Source: Actinomycetota bacterium (lineage in GTDB: Bacteria > Actinomycetota > Thermoleophilia > UBA2241). Taken from it: a stretch of DNA of 34,847 bases. Shown here piece by piece: positions 7,689 to 16,725 of this stretch. The DNA lies in assembly GCA_026392265.1 (NCBI GenBank), contig JAPLCL010000190.1:1-34847 (forward strand), written 5' to 3'. The translations under genes and the position numbers were made by a program. The notes under the pieces are model-generated. The model searched no databases. It was not told the origin of the DNA and saw nothing but the letters and a program-made list of their open reading frames with translations. The first letter of the stretch is position 1. Each line of letters starts with the position of its first letter.

Positions 7689-9392
7689 ATGTCCGTCGCG
7701 GCACACACTATGACACCCCTGTACACCGACTGGCGCGACCGCTATCAGCTGGTCGGCAAGATCGGCAGCGGTGGTTTCGCCGACGTCTACGAGGCGCTCG
7801 ACGTCACCCTCGACCAGGCCGTTGCGCTCAAGATCGTCGCCGACGGGCGTAGCATGTCCGGCCGCCTCATCCGTGAAGTCGAGGCCGCCGCGGCTCTCAC
7901 TCACCCCAACATCGTGGCGCTCTACGACTGGTTCGGCGATGGCGAGCGCAGCATCCTGGTGTGGGAGCTCGTGCGTGGCGAGTCGCTGGACAAGTTGGCC
8001 GGCGAGCTCCGCGACGGGGACGTAGCAGCGCTCGGCGTGGAGCTGCTCGACGCGCTCGCGTGCGCGCATAGCCAAGGCATCATCCACCGCGACATCAAGC
8101 CGCAGAACGTGATGCTGGACTCCGTCGGCCACGTCAAGGTGATGGACTTCGGTATCGCCCGGCTCATGGACGCCGATACGCTCACCCAGGACGGCGACGT
8201 CATCGGCACGGTCGCCTACATGTCGCCGGAGCAGGCCGCCGGGCGCCGCGTAGGGCCCTCGAGTGATGTGTACTCCGCCGGCATGGTGCTGTACGAGCTG
8301 CTGGCCGGCGAGCACCCTCTGCGCGGGCAGACGCCGGCCGAGACGCTGTCTAACGTGGCCGCCGGCCGGCTGCCGTCGCTGGGCACGCTGCGGCCCGACC
8401 TCACGGAGGATCTGGTAGGGCTCATCGACGACGCCTGCGCGCCCAAGCCGGGCGAGCGGCCGACGGCCGCCGAGCTCAGCGAGGCGCTCGACGAGCTGCT
8501 GCGCAGCGGACGCCTGCGCACGCAGCGGCTGCTGCGCGTCCGCCGGCTGGTGTCTCCCTTGGCGCGCGCCGGCGTCATCGCCGAGCGCGCCGCCGGCGCC
8601 GCCCTTGCGGCTGTCACCAGCGGCGTCGTGCTCGGCGCGCTGCCGGCCTATCCCCAGAGCTGGACACTGCCGCTGGTCGCGGTCTGTGCTGCGGTGTGGG
8701 CCGTGGTACCCCAGGGCGGGCTCGCCTTTCTGCTTGGCGCCCTGGCGTTTCCCGTCTTCAACGTGTCGCTGAGCCTGGGAGCGGCGTATCTGGCCTTCGC
8801 CGTCGCCCTGTTCCTGCTGACCCGCGCCAGGCCTATCGTGGCTCTCTGGCCCACGCTGGCGCTGGTGCTCACGCCCGTGTATCTCACTCTGCTGGCACCG
8901 GCGGGGGCGGCCCTGCTGGGCCGCGTGCGCGGCCCGCTGGCCGCCGCCTGGGCCGCCGCCGGCACGCTCGTCTACCTGGTGCTGCTGCGCGCCCCGCGCG
9001 GGCCGTTCACGCTCTTCCAGCCGCGCTGGCGCCTCGCCGGCGAAGCCGCAGCCGCCGGCGACCCTTTCACCGTGGCGACGCGTGTCCTGGGCGTGGCCCT
9101 GGCGCCCGCCGGCGTGCTCCAGATGCTCCTGTGGGCAGGCCTCGCGGTGGCTCTCGGCTTCGCCTTGACGCGCCGCCGCCTGGAGCTTCGCCGGTGGGTC
9201 TGGGCGCTGGCGTTCGCGACGACGTTCGCCGTGTACCGCATCGTACCGATCGCCGTCTGGGGATACCCCGCGGCGCTCGCGCCCCTGGTGTGGAATGTGG
9301 CTCTGGCGGCCGGCGTGATACTCTTGCCGTTGATTTTCACGACCGGTGACGGGCCGGAGGAACGCGCCGATGGGCATCTTCAAGAAAGCTGA
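7689..9392 (+). CDS. Hanks-type Ser/Thr protein kinase with a polytopic (~8 helix) membrane C-terminal domain
   Basis: 567 aa. Kinase motifs: GSGGFADVY (G-loop), AVALKIV (Lys), HRDIKPQNVML, DFGIA, YMSPEQ. From about aa 290 there are repeated hydrophobic helices (LAFLLGALAFPVF, AAYLAFAVALFLL, LALVLTPVYLTLL, TLVYLVLL, LLWAGLAVALGFAL, WALAFATTFAVY, VALAAGVILLPLIF). The start could instead be the ATG at 7710. Confidence 0.85.
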   Translation: MSVAAHTMTPLYTDWRDRYQLVGKIGSGGFADVYEALDVTLDQAVALKIVADGRSMSGRLIREVEAAAALTHPNIVALYDWFGDGERSILVWELVRGESLDKLAGELRDGDVAALGVELLDALACAHSQGIIHRDIKPQNVMLDSVGHVKVMDFGIARLMDADTLTQDGDVIGTVAYMSPEQAAGRRVGPSSDVYSAGMVLYELLAGEHPLRGQTPAETLSNVAAGRLPSLGTLRPDLTEDLVGLIDDACAPKPGERPTAAELSEALDELLRSGRLRTQRLLRVRRLVSPLARAGVIAERAAGAALAAVTSGVVLGALPAYPQSWTLPLVAVCAAVWAVVPQGGLAFLLGALAFPVFNVSLSLGAAYLAFAVALFLLTRARPIVALWPTLALVLTPVYLTLLAPAGAALLGRVRGPLAAAWAAAGTLVYLVLLRAPRGPFTLFQPRWRLAGEAAAAGDPFTVATRVLGVALAPAGVLQMLLWAGLAVALGFALTRRRLELRRWVWALAFATTFAVYRIVPIAVWGYPAALAPLVWNVALAAGVILLPLIFTTGDGPEERADGHLQES

Positions 9393-10173
9393 AAAGAAGC
9401 TCGAGGGCCTGGTCGAGGGCGGCTTTGGCCGCGCCTTCAAGGCCAGCGTGCAGCCGGTCGAGCTGGCGCACAAGCTCGCCAAGGAGATGGGCGATCACAA
9501 GACCGTCGGGGTCTCCAACGTGTACGTGCCCAACGAGTTCGACATCTACCTGGGCGAGGCCGACTTCGAGCATCTGTCGTCGCTGTCGGAGTCGCTCAAG
9601 GCGGAGCTCGCCAACTACGTGACCGCCTTTGCGCGTCGCGAGGGCTGGACGCTCGTGGCGCCGCCGCGCATCGACCTCCACCGCGACGACGATCTACGCG
9701 TCGGCGAGTTCGGCATCGCCACGCGCACCGTCAACGCGCCGGCCGAGGCGCCGGGGCCGGCGTTCGTGCCGGCAGCTGCCACGCCGCCGGCAGCGGCCGC
9801 CCCGGGCGCGCTTCTCGACCACACCGTGCTCTACCAGGAGCAGGCCCCCGCGCCCGTGCCGGCGGTCGCGCCGCCCGTGGCGCGGGCGAGCGCCCCGCGT
9901 GCGTCCCTGCGCGGCCAGCAGGGCGAGTGGGAGCTGCGCGAGGCGGTCACCGTGATCGGGCGCAGCCGCCGCTGCGACATCGTGCTCACCGACCCCAACG
10001 TGTCGCGCCAGCACGCCGAGATCAGGCGCCAGAACGATGGCTTTATGGCGCTCGACCTTGGGTCCACCAACGGCATACGCGTCAACCGCCGCGACGTCAA
10101 ACAGGCTGTGCTGCAGCACGGCGACCGCATCGAACTGGGCACCACGGAGCTCGTGTTCGAGAGGCTGCCGTGA
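9370..10173 (+). CDS. fhaA: FHA-domain protein FhaA (DUF3662 N-domain plus C-terminal FHA)
   Basis: ATG at 9370 has GGAGG upstream and overlaps the kinase 3' end by 23 nt. N-terminus MGIFKKAEKKLEGLVEGGFGRAFKASVQPVELAHKLAKEM is DUF3662-like, followed by an Ala/Pro linker. FHA core: VTVIGRSRRCDIVLTDPNVSRQHAEI...LGSTNGIRVN. Confidence 0.85.
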   Translation: MGIFKKAEKKLEGLVEGGFGRAFKASVQPVELAHKLAKEMGDHKTVGVSNVYVPNEFDIYLGEADFEHLSSLSESLKAELANYVTAFARREGWTLVAPPRIDLHRDDDLRVGEFGIATRTVNAPAEAPGPAFVPAAATPPAAAAPGALLDHTVLYQEQAPAPVPAVAPPVARASAPRASLRGQQGEWELREAVTVIGRSRRCDIVLTDPNVSRQHAEIRRQNDGFMALDLGSTNGIRVNRRDVKQAVLQHGDRIELGTTELVFERLP

Positions 10174-10236
10174 TGCCGGCGCTCAGGTGAAGGCGACCGC
10201 CGTGTTTCGCGGCCGTGCGGGCTGCGGGAGACTGCC

Positions 10237-10782
10237 ATGATCGACATCGTCCTCCTCGTCCTCAAGATCGGCATCCTCGTCCTGCTCTACTTGTTCATCT
10301 GGCAGGTCGTGAAGACGGCCGTCGCCACCGTGCGCGCTCCCGCCGGTGCGGCTGCGGCCCCTGACGTCGCGCTTCCCGAGGGCTCGCGCCCCGTGGCCGT
10401 GTTCACGCCGGCCGAGCGGGAATCCCGCCGCGAGGACCGGCTGAGCGAACGCACGATGGCCGGCGACAAGCTCGACTTCACCGGTCACATCGATCCGCGT
10501 CTCATCGTCGAACAGAGCCCCATCGTGCCGACCGGCGTCGTGTTCCCCCTGCACGGCTGGATCACCGTGGGCCGCGCCTCGTCGAGCGACGTCGTGCTCG
10601 ACGAGCACTTCGTCTCGAGCACGCACGCGCGCTTTGTGCCGCGCGGCTCCTTCTACTTCGTGGAGGACCTGGGCAGTACCAACGGCACGTTCGTGAACGA
10701 GAAGCAGGTGAGCGGCGAGGCGCAGCTCAAGCTCGACAGCCGGGTGCGCATCGGCGAGACCGTCTTCCGCTACGAGGAGTGA
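10237..10782 (+). CDS. fhaB: Membrane-anchored FHA-domain protein (FhaB/FipA-like)
   Basis: 181 aa with an N-terminal TM helix (IVLLVLKIGILVLLYLFIW). C-terminal FHA: ITVGRASSSDVVLDEHFVSSTHARF...DLGSTNGTFVNEK. GGGAG lies 7 nt upstream of the ATG. Confidence 0.85.
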   Translation: MIDIVLLVLKIGILVLLYLFIWQVVKTAVATVRAPAGAAAAPDVALPEGSRPVAVFTPAERESRREDRLSERTMAGDKLDFTGHIDPRLIVEQSPIVPTGVVFPLHGWITVGRASSSDVVLDEHFVSSTHARFVPRGSFYFVEDLGSTNGTFVNEKQVSGEAQLKLDSRVRIGETVFRYEE

Positions 10783-10789
10783 CTCGCCG

Positions 10790-11986
10790 GTGACTCTCGT
10801 CGCCCGTCCCGGTGCCCTCACCGACATCGGCCTGCACCGCAAGACCAACGAGGACACCTTCGTCGTGGCCCCGCCGCTGTTCGCGGTCTGCGACGGCATG
10901 GGCGGCGCCCAGGCCGGCGAGGTCGCCAGCGGGCTCGCCGCCGAGACTCTCGTCGCCGCCGTCGCCGCCGGTCAGCCGCTGCTCGCGGCCGCCGAGCAAG
11001 CCAACGCGGCCGTCTTCGGGCGCGCCTGCGACGACAGCGATCATAAGGGCATGGGCACCACGCTCACGGCCGTCGTGCTCGCCGGCGACACCGGGCATTT
11101 CGTGCACATCGGCGACAGCCGTGCCTACCTGCTGCGGGGCGGCGCGCTGGAGCAGCTCAGCGACGATCAGTCCCTGGTCGGCGAGATGGTGCGCGACGGG
11201 CGCCTCAGCGCGGCAGAGGCGGTCTCGCACCCCCACCGCAGCATCCTCAGTCGCGCCCTGGGTACCGAAGCGCTGGCGAAGATCGACGAGTTCGAGGTCG
11301 ACCTGCAGGCCGGTGACGTGCTGCTGCTCTGCAGCGACGGGCTCAGCGGAGCCGTTCCGGCCGAGGACATCAGAAGGGCGCTCGGCCGTGCCGACCCCGG
11401 CGACGCGGCCGCCAAGCTCATCGCCGAAGCCCGCAAACAGGGCGGCCCCGACAACATCACCGCCGTCGTCGTGCGTCTTGACGAGCCGCGCGCCGCCGAC
11501 GAAGAGGTCACGCTCGCCGTCCCCGCCGACGAGGCGGCCACGGTGGTACTCACGGCCGCCGTCTTGCCGCCGACGCCGCGCGCCGCCCTCGCCGCGGCCG
11601 AGGGCAGCGGCGACGGCGGCGCAGCAGACGCCATACCAGTGGCGTCGGAGACTGTGTCCGAGGGCCCAGCGCCGGTACCGTCGCGCAGGTCCAAGCGGCG
11701 CCTCGGCTTCTTCGCCGTGGTGCTCGCGCTGCTCGTGGTGGTCGCCTTCGCCGGCGCCCTCACGGTCAGCACCGTCTTCTACGTGGGCGTCGACGACGGT
11801 CGCTTGGCCGTCTACAGCGGCGTGCCGGCGGCCCTCGGCCCGCTGCAGCTGCATGCCGTCTACCGGCGGAGCTCGCGCACCTACGAGTCGCTCGGCTCTG
11901 CCGAGCGCCGCCTTGTCGACGAGCAGGGCCTGCACACCAGGAGCAACATCATGGCTCTGGCCGAGATGCTGGGGATGTGGCCGTGA
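10790..11986 (+). CDS. pstP: PP2C-family Ser/Thr phosphatase with a C-terminal TM helix and extracytoplasmic tail (PstP-like)
   Basis: 398 aa. Motifs: TDIGLHRKTNEDTF, AVCDGMGGAQAGEVAS, LLCSDGL, GGPDNITAVVV. Then a Pro/Ala linker and the TM helix LGFFAVVLALLVVVAFAGAL. GTG start 7 nt after the fhaB stop. Confidence 0.9.
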   Translation: MTLVARPGALTDIGLHRKTNEDTFVVAPPLFAVCDGMGGAQAGEVASGLAAETLVAAVAAGQPLLAAAEQANAAVFGRACDDSDHKGMGTTLTAVVLAGDTGHFVHIGDSRAYLLRGGALEQLSDDQSLVGEMVRDGRLSAAEAVSHPHRSILSRALGTEALAKIDEFEVDLQAGDVLLLCSDGLSGAVPAEDIRRALGRADPGDAAAKLIAEARKQGGPDNITAVVVRLDEPRAADEEVTLAVPADEAATVVLTAAVLPPTPRAALAAAEGSGDGGAADAIPVASETVSEGPAPVPSRRSKRRLGFFAVVLALLVVVAFAGALTVSTVFYVGVDDGRLAVYSGVPAALGPLQLHAVYRRSSRTYESLGSAERRLVDEQGLHTRSNIMALAEMLGMWP

Positions 11987-13305
11987 GCCGGCGCAGTATC
12001 GAGCTGCTCTTCCTCGTGATCGCCGGCGCCGTGAGCACCATGGCGTACGTGTCCGTGTACGCGGGCCGTTTTCGCGAGATCAACCGCGTCTCCATCATCT
12101 ACGGCCTGGTCTTCGTGAGCATCTTCTTTCTGCTGCACCTTCTGGTGCGCTTCGTGCTCCCCCAGGCCGACCCGTTCCTGCTGCCCATCACCGCACTGCT
12201 GGCCGCGATCGGGCTCACGGAGATCTTCCGCATCCGCCCCGCTCTCGCGCTCACGCAGGGGCAGTGGCTGCTGGTCGGAGCCGGCCTCTTCGTTCTCACC
12301 GTGTTCATCGTGCGCGATCACATGAAGCTCGACCACTATCGTTACATCATGGGGGCCATCGGCCTGGGGTTGCTGGTGGCGACCATCGTGCTCGGCACGA
12401 CGGTCAACGGCGCCAAGCTGTGGATCCATGCCTTCGGCTTTTCGATCCAGCCGTCCGAGTTCGCCAAGCTCGCGATCGTCATCTTCCTGGCCGGCTACCT
12501 CAACGACAAGAAGGCACTGCTCTCCGTGCCCACGCACCACGTCCTCGGCATCCCGCTGCCGGCGGCCAAGTACTTCGGCCCGCTGCTCATCATGTGGGTA
12601 CTCTCGCTCGCCATGCTCATCTTCATGAAGGACTTCGGCATGGCGCTGCTCTTCATGTCGATCTTCGTGGCGCTCATGTACATGGCCACCACGCGGATCG
12701 TCTACGTGGTGCTGGGCGGCGGCCTCTTCGCCGCCGCCGCCGCGATCGCCGTCGCCGTCGTGCCACACGTCCAGGACCGCTTCACCACCTGGCTCGACCC
12801 CTGGCCCTATGCAAGTACGAGCGGCTACCAGCTGCTGCAGTCCCTGTTCACGATCGCCGACGGCGGCGTCCTGGGCGCCGGCTTCGGGCGCGGCTTTCTT
12901 CTGTACGCCAACCGTCAGCCGGTGGTCCCCGATCTGCAGACTGACTTCATCTTCGCCGCCATCGCCAACGAGACGGGTCTCCTCGGCGCGGCCGGCGTGA
13001 TCCTCCTCTACGTCCTCTTCATGTGGCGCGGCTTCCGCATCGCCGTGTGGGCGCCGGACGGCTTCTCCAAGCTGCTCGCCGCCGGCCTCGCCTTCGCCTT
13101 CGGCCTGCAGACCTTCATCATCATCGGCGGTGTCACGCGGCTCATCCCGCTGACCGGTATCACGCTGCCGTTCGTCAGCTACGGCGGCAGCTCCATCACC
13201 GCCAATCTCATGCTGGTCGCGCTGCTGCTCATGGTCTCGCACCGCACCAATGTGGTGCGCGAGGGCAGCGACCTCGAGCGCCGCCGCCTGGCGGAGCGCG
13301 GGTAG
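11977..13305 (+). CDS. rodA: SEDS-family peptidoglycan glycosyltransferase (FtsW/RodA/SpoVE)
   Basis: 442 aa and polytopic. SEDS-like segments: FSIQPSEFAKLAIVIFLAGYL, LQTDFIFAAIANETGLLGA, TGITLPFVSYGGSS. It overlaps the pstP stop by 10 nt and sits between pstP and pbpA, as in mycobacteria. Confidence 0.9.
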   Translation: MAVSRRSIELLFLVIAGAVSTMAYVSVYAGRFREINRVSIIYGLVFVSIFFLLHLLVRFVLPQADPFLLPITALLAAIGLTEIFRIRPALALTQGQWLLVGAGLFVLTVFIVRDHMKLDHYRYIMGAIGLGLLVATIVLGTTVNGAKLWIHAFGFSIQPSEFAKLAIVIFLAGYLNDKKALLSVPTHHVLGIPLPAAKYFGPLLIMWVLSLAMLIFMKDFGMALLFMSIFVALMYMATTRIVYVVLGGGLFAAAAAIAVAVVPHVQDRFTTWLDPWPYASTSGYQLLQSLFTIADGGVLGAGFGRGFLLYANRQPVVPDLQTDFIFAAIANETGLLGAAGVILLYVLFMWRGFRIAVWAPDGFSKLLAAGLAFAFGLQTFIIIGGVTRLIPLTGITLPFVSYGGSSITANLMLVALLLMVSHRTNVVREGSDLERRRLAERG

Positions 13306-13314
13306 GAGGCGGCG

Positions 13315-14754
13315 ATGAACAAGGCCATCTCCCGCATCTTCATCGTCGGCGTCATCCTTTTCGTCGCCCTGATCCTCAACCTCACCTGGATCATGGCCGG
13401 CCGCGCCCAGTGGTTCGCCGACCGCCCCGAGAACAAGCGCGGTATCGCCAAGGAGATGAAGATCAAGCGCGGCGACATCCTGGGCTACGACGGCTCCACC
13501 ATCGCGGGCTCGCTGCGACGCTCCGGTTACTACTACCGCGAGTACCCGCAGGGTACGGTGGCGCCCCAGCTGGTCGGCTACGACAGCGTGCGCTACGGGC
13601 GCAGCGGCATCGAGGACGAGCTCAACGACGAGCTCACCGGGCAGTCCACCGACCTCGGCGTGCAGAGCTGGATCGACCGGATCCTGGGACGCAAGCCCAA
13701 GGGCGCCAGCGTCCAGCTCACGCTGGTGCCGGCGGTGCAGAAGGAGGCCCAGAAGGCGCTCAGCGGCCTGAAAGGCGCCATCGTGGTCCTCGACCCCAAG
13801 ACGGGCGCCCTCATCGCCTCGGCCTCGGCGCCGACCTACGACCCCGCCAACCTCGAGGACGACTGGGCGCGGCTCAGCAACGACCCGGGGGCGCCGTTGC
13901 TCAACCGGCCCACGCAGGGTCTCTACCCGCCGGGCTCGGCTTTCAAGGTCGTAACGGCTACGTCGGGACTCGACAACGGCAAGGTCACGCCCGACACCGA
14001 GTTCATCGACACGGGCACCTACGTCGTGTTCGGTGGCAAGGTCACCAACTACGGGGGCGCCGTGTTCGGCCCCAACGACTTCACCACGGCGCTGACCTAC
14101 TCGATCAACACCACCTTCGGCAAGGTCGGCAACCTGCTGGGACGCAAACGGCTCATCTCGTCGATGCAGCGCTTCGGCTTCTACCAGACCCCGCCGCTGC
14201 CGCTGCCACGGGGCACGGTCGTTCCCAGCGGGCGCTACAGCAAGAACGGCTTGCTTTCGCCGGACGCCTTCATGGACCCGCTGGCCGTGGCCTGGGCGGC
14301 CGTCGGCCAGGAGCAGATCCTGTCGACGCCCTTACAGATGGCCCTGGTCGCCGCGGGCGTCGCCAATGGCGGCCGCGTCATGAAGCCGTACTACACGCAG
14401 CAAGTGGTGGCGGCCTCGGGCGCTGTGGTCCAGAAGGCACAGCCGGCGCAGTGGCTGGTCGCCATGAAGCCCGCCACCGCTTCTGAGCTCAACATCATGA
14501 TGCAGCGCGTCGTCAACGCCGGCACCGGCACGGCCGCGGCGCTCGAGGGCATCCAGGTCGCCGGCAAGACCGGCACCGCCGAGCGCGGTGACGGCAGCAA
14601 CCTGGCCTGGTTCATCGCCTTCGCGCCGGCGGAAGACCCGCAGGTGGCGATCGCGGTCATCATCGAAGACACCCAGTCGACCGGCGGCGAGGCGGCGGCG
14701 CCGCTCGCCGCCGCCGTGATCAAGACGGCTCTGGCGCAGCCGTCCTTGCCCTGA
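13315..14754 (+). CDS. pbpA: Class B penicillin-binding protein (transpeptidase), PbpA-like
   Basis: 479 aa with an N-terminal TM anchor. Motifs: SxxK (PPGSAFKVVTA), SxN (YSINTTF), KTG (GKTGTAE). Confidence 0.9.
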   Translation: MNKAISRIFIVGVILFVALILNLTWIMAGRAQWFADRPENKRGIAKEMKIKRGDILGYDGSTIAGSLRRSGYYYREYPQGTVAPQLVGYDSVRYGRSGIEDELNDELTGQSTDLGVQSWIDRILGRKPKGASVQLTLVPAVQKEAQKALSGLKGAIVVLDPKTGALIASASAPTYDPANLEDDWARLSNDPGAPLLNRPTQGLYPPGSAFKVVTATSGLDNGKVTPDTEFIDTGTYVVFGGKVTNYGGAVFGPNDFTTALTYSINTTFGKVGNLLGRKRLISSMQRFGFYQTPPLPLPRGTVVPSGRYSKNGLLSPDAFMDPLAVAWAAVGQEQILSTPLQMALVAAGVANGGRVMKPYYTQQVVAASGAVVQKAQPAQWLVAMKPATASELNIMMQRVVNAGTGTAAALEGIQVAGKTGTAERGDGSNLAWFIAFAPAEDPQVAIAVIIEDTQSTGGEAAAPLAAAVIKTALAQPSLP

Positions 14755-14814
14755 CGGGGCAGGGAGCCGGCGCCCGGACCCGTATCTGTCAGCAAAGGAG
14801 CGAGGTAACCAGAC

Positions 14815-16698
14815 GTGAGTGACGTGTTCCAGCCAGAGCAGGTGCTGAGCGGCCGCTACCGCGTGCTGCGCAAGATCGGCGGCGGCGGTATGGCCGACGT
14901 CTATCTTTGCGAGGATCTCAGCCTGGGCCGCCGTGTGGCGCTCAAGGTGCTGCTGCAGCGGTTCCTCGACGACCCCAACTTCGTCGAGCGCTTCCGCCGC
15001 GAGGCGAAGGCCGCGGCCGGTCTGAACCAGGCCAATCTTGTCAGCATCTACGACTGGGGCGAGGTCGACGGCACGTACTTCATCGTAATGGAGTACGTGG
15101 AGGGCGAGACGCTCAAGGATCTGGTGCGCCGGAAGGGCCGCCTCAGCGGCAACGAGGCCGTGCGCATCTCGCTGCAGCTCCTGGCGGCCCTCGAGTTCGC
15201 GCACCGCACGGGCATCGTGCATCGCGACATCAAGCCGCAGAACGTGATGCTCGACCGCGACGGCAACGCCAAGGTCACCGACTTCGGCATCGCGCGCGCC
15301 GCCGACTCCGGTATGACCGAGGCCGGCTCCATCCTCGGGACGGCCCAGTACCTGGCCCCCGAACAGGCAAGGGGCCACCGCGTCGACGAGCGTTCCGATC
15401 TGTACTCCGTCGGCATCGTTCTCTACGAGATGCTCACCGGCACGGTGCCGTTCAAGGGAGACAGCGCCGTCACCGTGGCTCTCAAGCACGTCAACGAGAT
15501 GGCCGCCGAGCCGGCGCAGATCGTGCCGGGCCTGCCCTACGCGCTCAACCAGATCGTCCTCAAGGCCATCGCCAAGGACCCCGGCCAGCGCTACCAGACG
15601 GCCGATCAGTTCGCCCGCGACCTGCGCTCCGCGCAGGTAGGCGGGCCCGTGGCCGCCGCCACGTTCGACCCCGGCGCCGAGGCCACCAGACTGATGAGCG
15701 CCGGCGTTCCCGCCGGCGCCACCTCGGTGATGACGGGCGGCCCGCTCGACCAGGCTGCGGGCGACCGTGGCCGCAGACGTCGCCGCTGGCCGTGGGTACT
15801 GGTCATCGTCCTGCTCCTGCTCGTGATCGCCGCCGCCGCTTACGGGTTGGTACGGGCGATGGGCGCAGGCGGCGTGGCCGTGCCCACCGTGGTGGGCAAG
15901 AGCCAGGCGGCAGCGCTTACCAAGCTCGAAGAGGCAGGCTTCAAAGCCGGCGTCCAGGAGGAGTACTCCGACAACTACGATGTGGGCTTCGTCAGCCGTC
16001 AGGCGCCCGCGGGCGGCACCAAGCTGCGCAAGGGCGATACGGTCGATATCTGGGTGAGCAATGGCAGCGAGACGGTCACGCTTGCGGACTTCAAGGGCTG
16101 GACGTCCGGCGACGTGCGCGACTGGCTCAGCCAGAACGGGCTCAGCCCCCTCGAGAAGTCCGGCAAGTCGAGCTCCGTCCCATCGGGCAGGGTGTTCAAA
16201 CAGGACCCGCCGGCCGGCGACCCGGTGAAGCGCGGCGACACGATCACCTACTGGGTGAGCAGCGGCAAGCCGCAGGCGACCGTCCCCGATCTCAGTGGCC
16301 TGACCCAGGACGAGGCGCAGACGGCCCTGGCCGGCGCCGGTCTGCTGCTTGGCGTGGTCACGCCCGAGCCGAGCAGTACGGTGCCGAGCGGCCAGGTCAT
16401 TCGCCAGGACCCCGCCGCTCTCGTCAAGATGGCAAAGGGATCCGCCGTGAACATCGTCGTGTCGAGCGGTTCGCCGTCGCCCTCTCCCAGCCCCACGGCG
16501 TCCACGGTGAGCGTCCCCAACGTGTACGGCATGGATTCGACGAGTGCGACGGACAAGCTCACGGCGGACGGATTCGGCGTCACCGTGCGACAGAAGGTCG
16601 GCACCGGCCAGCCTCCGGGCACGGTGGTCAGGATGGTGCCGGATGCCGGCACCGAGGTGGCCAGTGGATCGACCGTACTCCTGATCATCGCCAAGTAG
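14815..16698 (+). CDS. pknB: Ser/Thr protein kinase PknB with four extracellular PASTA repeats
   Basis: 627 aa. Kinase motifs: GGGGMADVY, VALKVL, HRDIKPQNVML, DFGIA, YLAPEQ. One TM helix (WPWVLVIVLLLLVIAAAAYGLV). Four PASTA-like units then begin at VPTVVGKS, VTLADFKG, TVPDLSGL and SVPNVYGM. Confidence 0.92.
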   Translation: MSDVFQPEQVLSGRYRVLRKIGGGGMADVYLCEDLSLGRRVALKVLLQRFLDDPNFVERFRREAKAAAGLNQANLVSIYDWGEVDGTYFIVMEYVEGETLKDLVRRKGRLSGNEAVRISLQLLAALEFAHRTGIVHRDIKPQNVMLDRDGNAKVTDFGIARAADSGMTEAGSILGTAQYLAPEQARGHRVDERSDLYSVGIVLYEMLTGTVPFKGDSAVTVALKHVNEMAAEPAQIVPGLPYALNQIVLKAIAKDPGQRYQTADQFARDLRSAQVGGPVAAATFDPGAEATRLMSAGVPAGATSVMTGGPLDQAAGDRGRRRRRWPWVLVIVLLLLVIAAAAYGLVRAMGAGGVAVPTVVGKSQAAALTKLEEAGFKAGVQEEYSDNYDVGFVSRQAPAGGTKLRKGDTVDIWVSNGSETVTLADFKGWTSGDVRDWLSQNGLSPLEKSGKSSSVPSGRVFKQDPPAGDPVKRGDTITYWVSSGKPQATVPDLSGLTQDEAQTALAGAGLLLGVVTPEPSSTVPSGQVIRQDPAALVKMAKGSAVNIVVSSGSPSPSPSPTASTVSVPNVYGMDSTSATDKLTADGFGVTVRQKVGTGQPPGTVVRMVPDAGTEVASGSTVLLIIAK

Positions 16699-16725
16699 GC
16701 GGCCCGCGACCGCCGCGGCGCCCGT

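Noticed and set aside
4264-9482. Very long alternative-frame ORFs 4264..5841(-), 4458..6017(+), 5726..7555(+), 5838..7577(-) and 7629..9482(-)
   Set aside because: Same high-GC artefact. Each overlaps genes with clear family signatures (pheA, DUF4446, kinase), and two of them run straight through the tRNA-Leu gene.
16699-16725. Terminator between the convergent pknB and CaCA genes
   Set aside because: Only a 5-bp stem (CCGCG-ACCGC-CGCGG) can be drawn in the 27-nt gap, which is not convincing.
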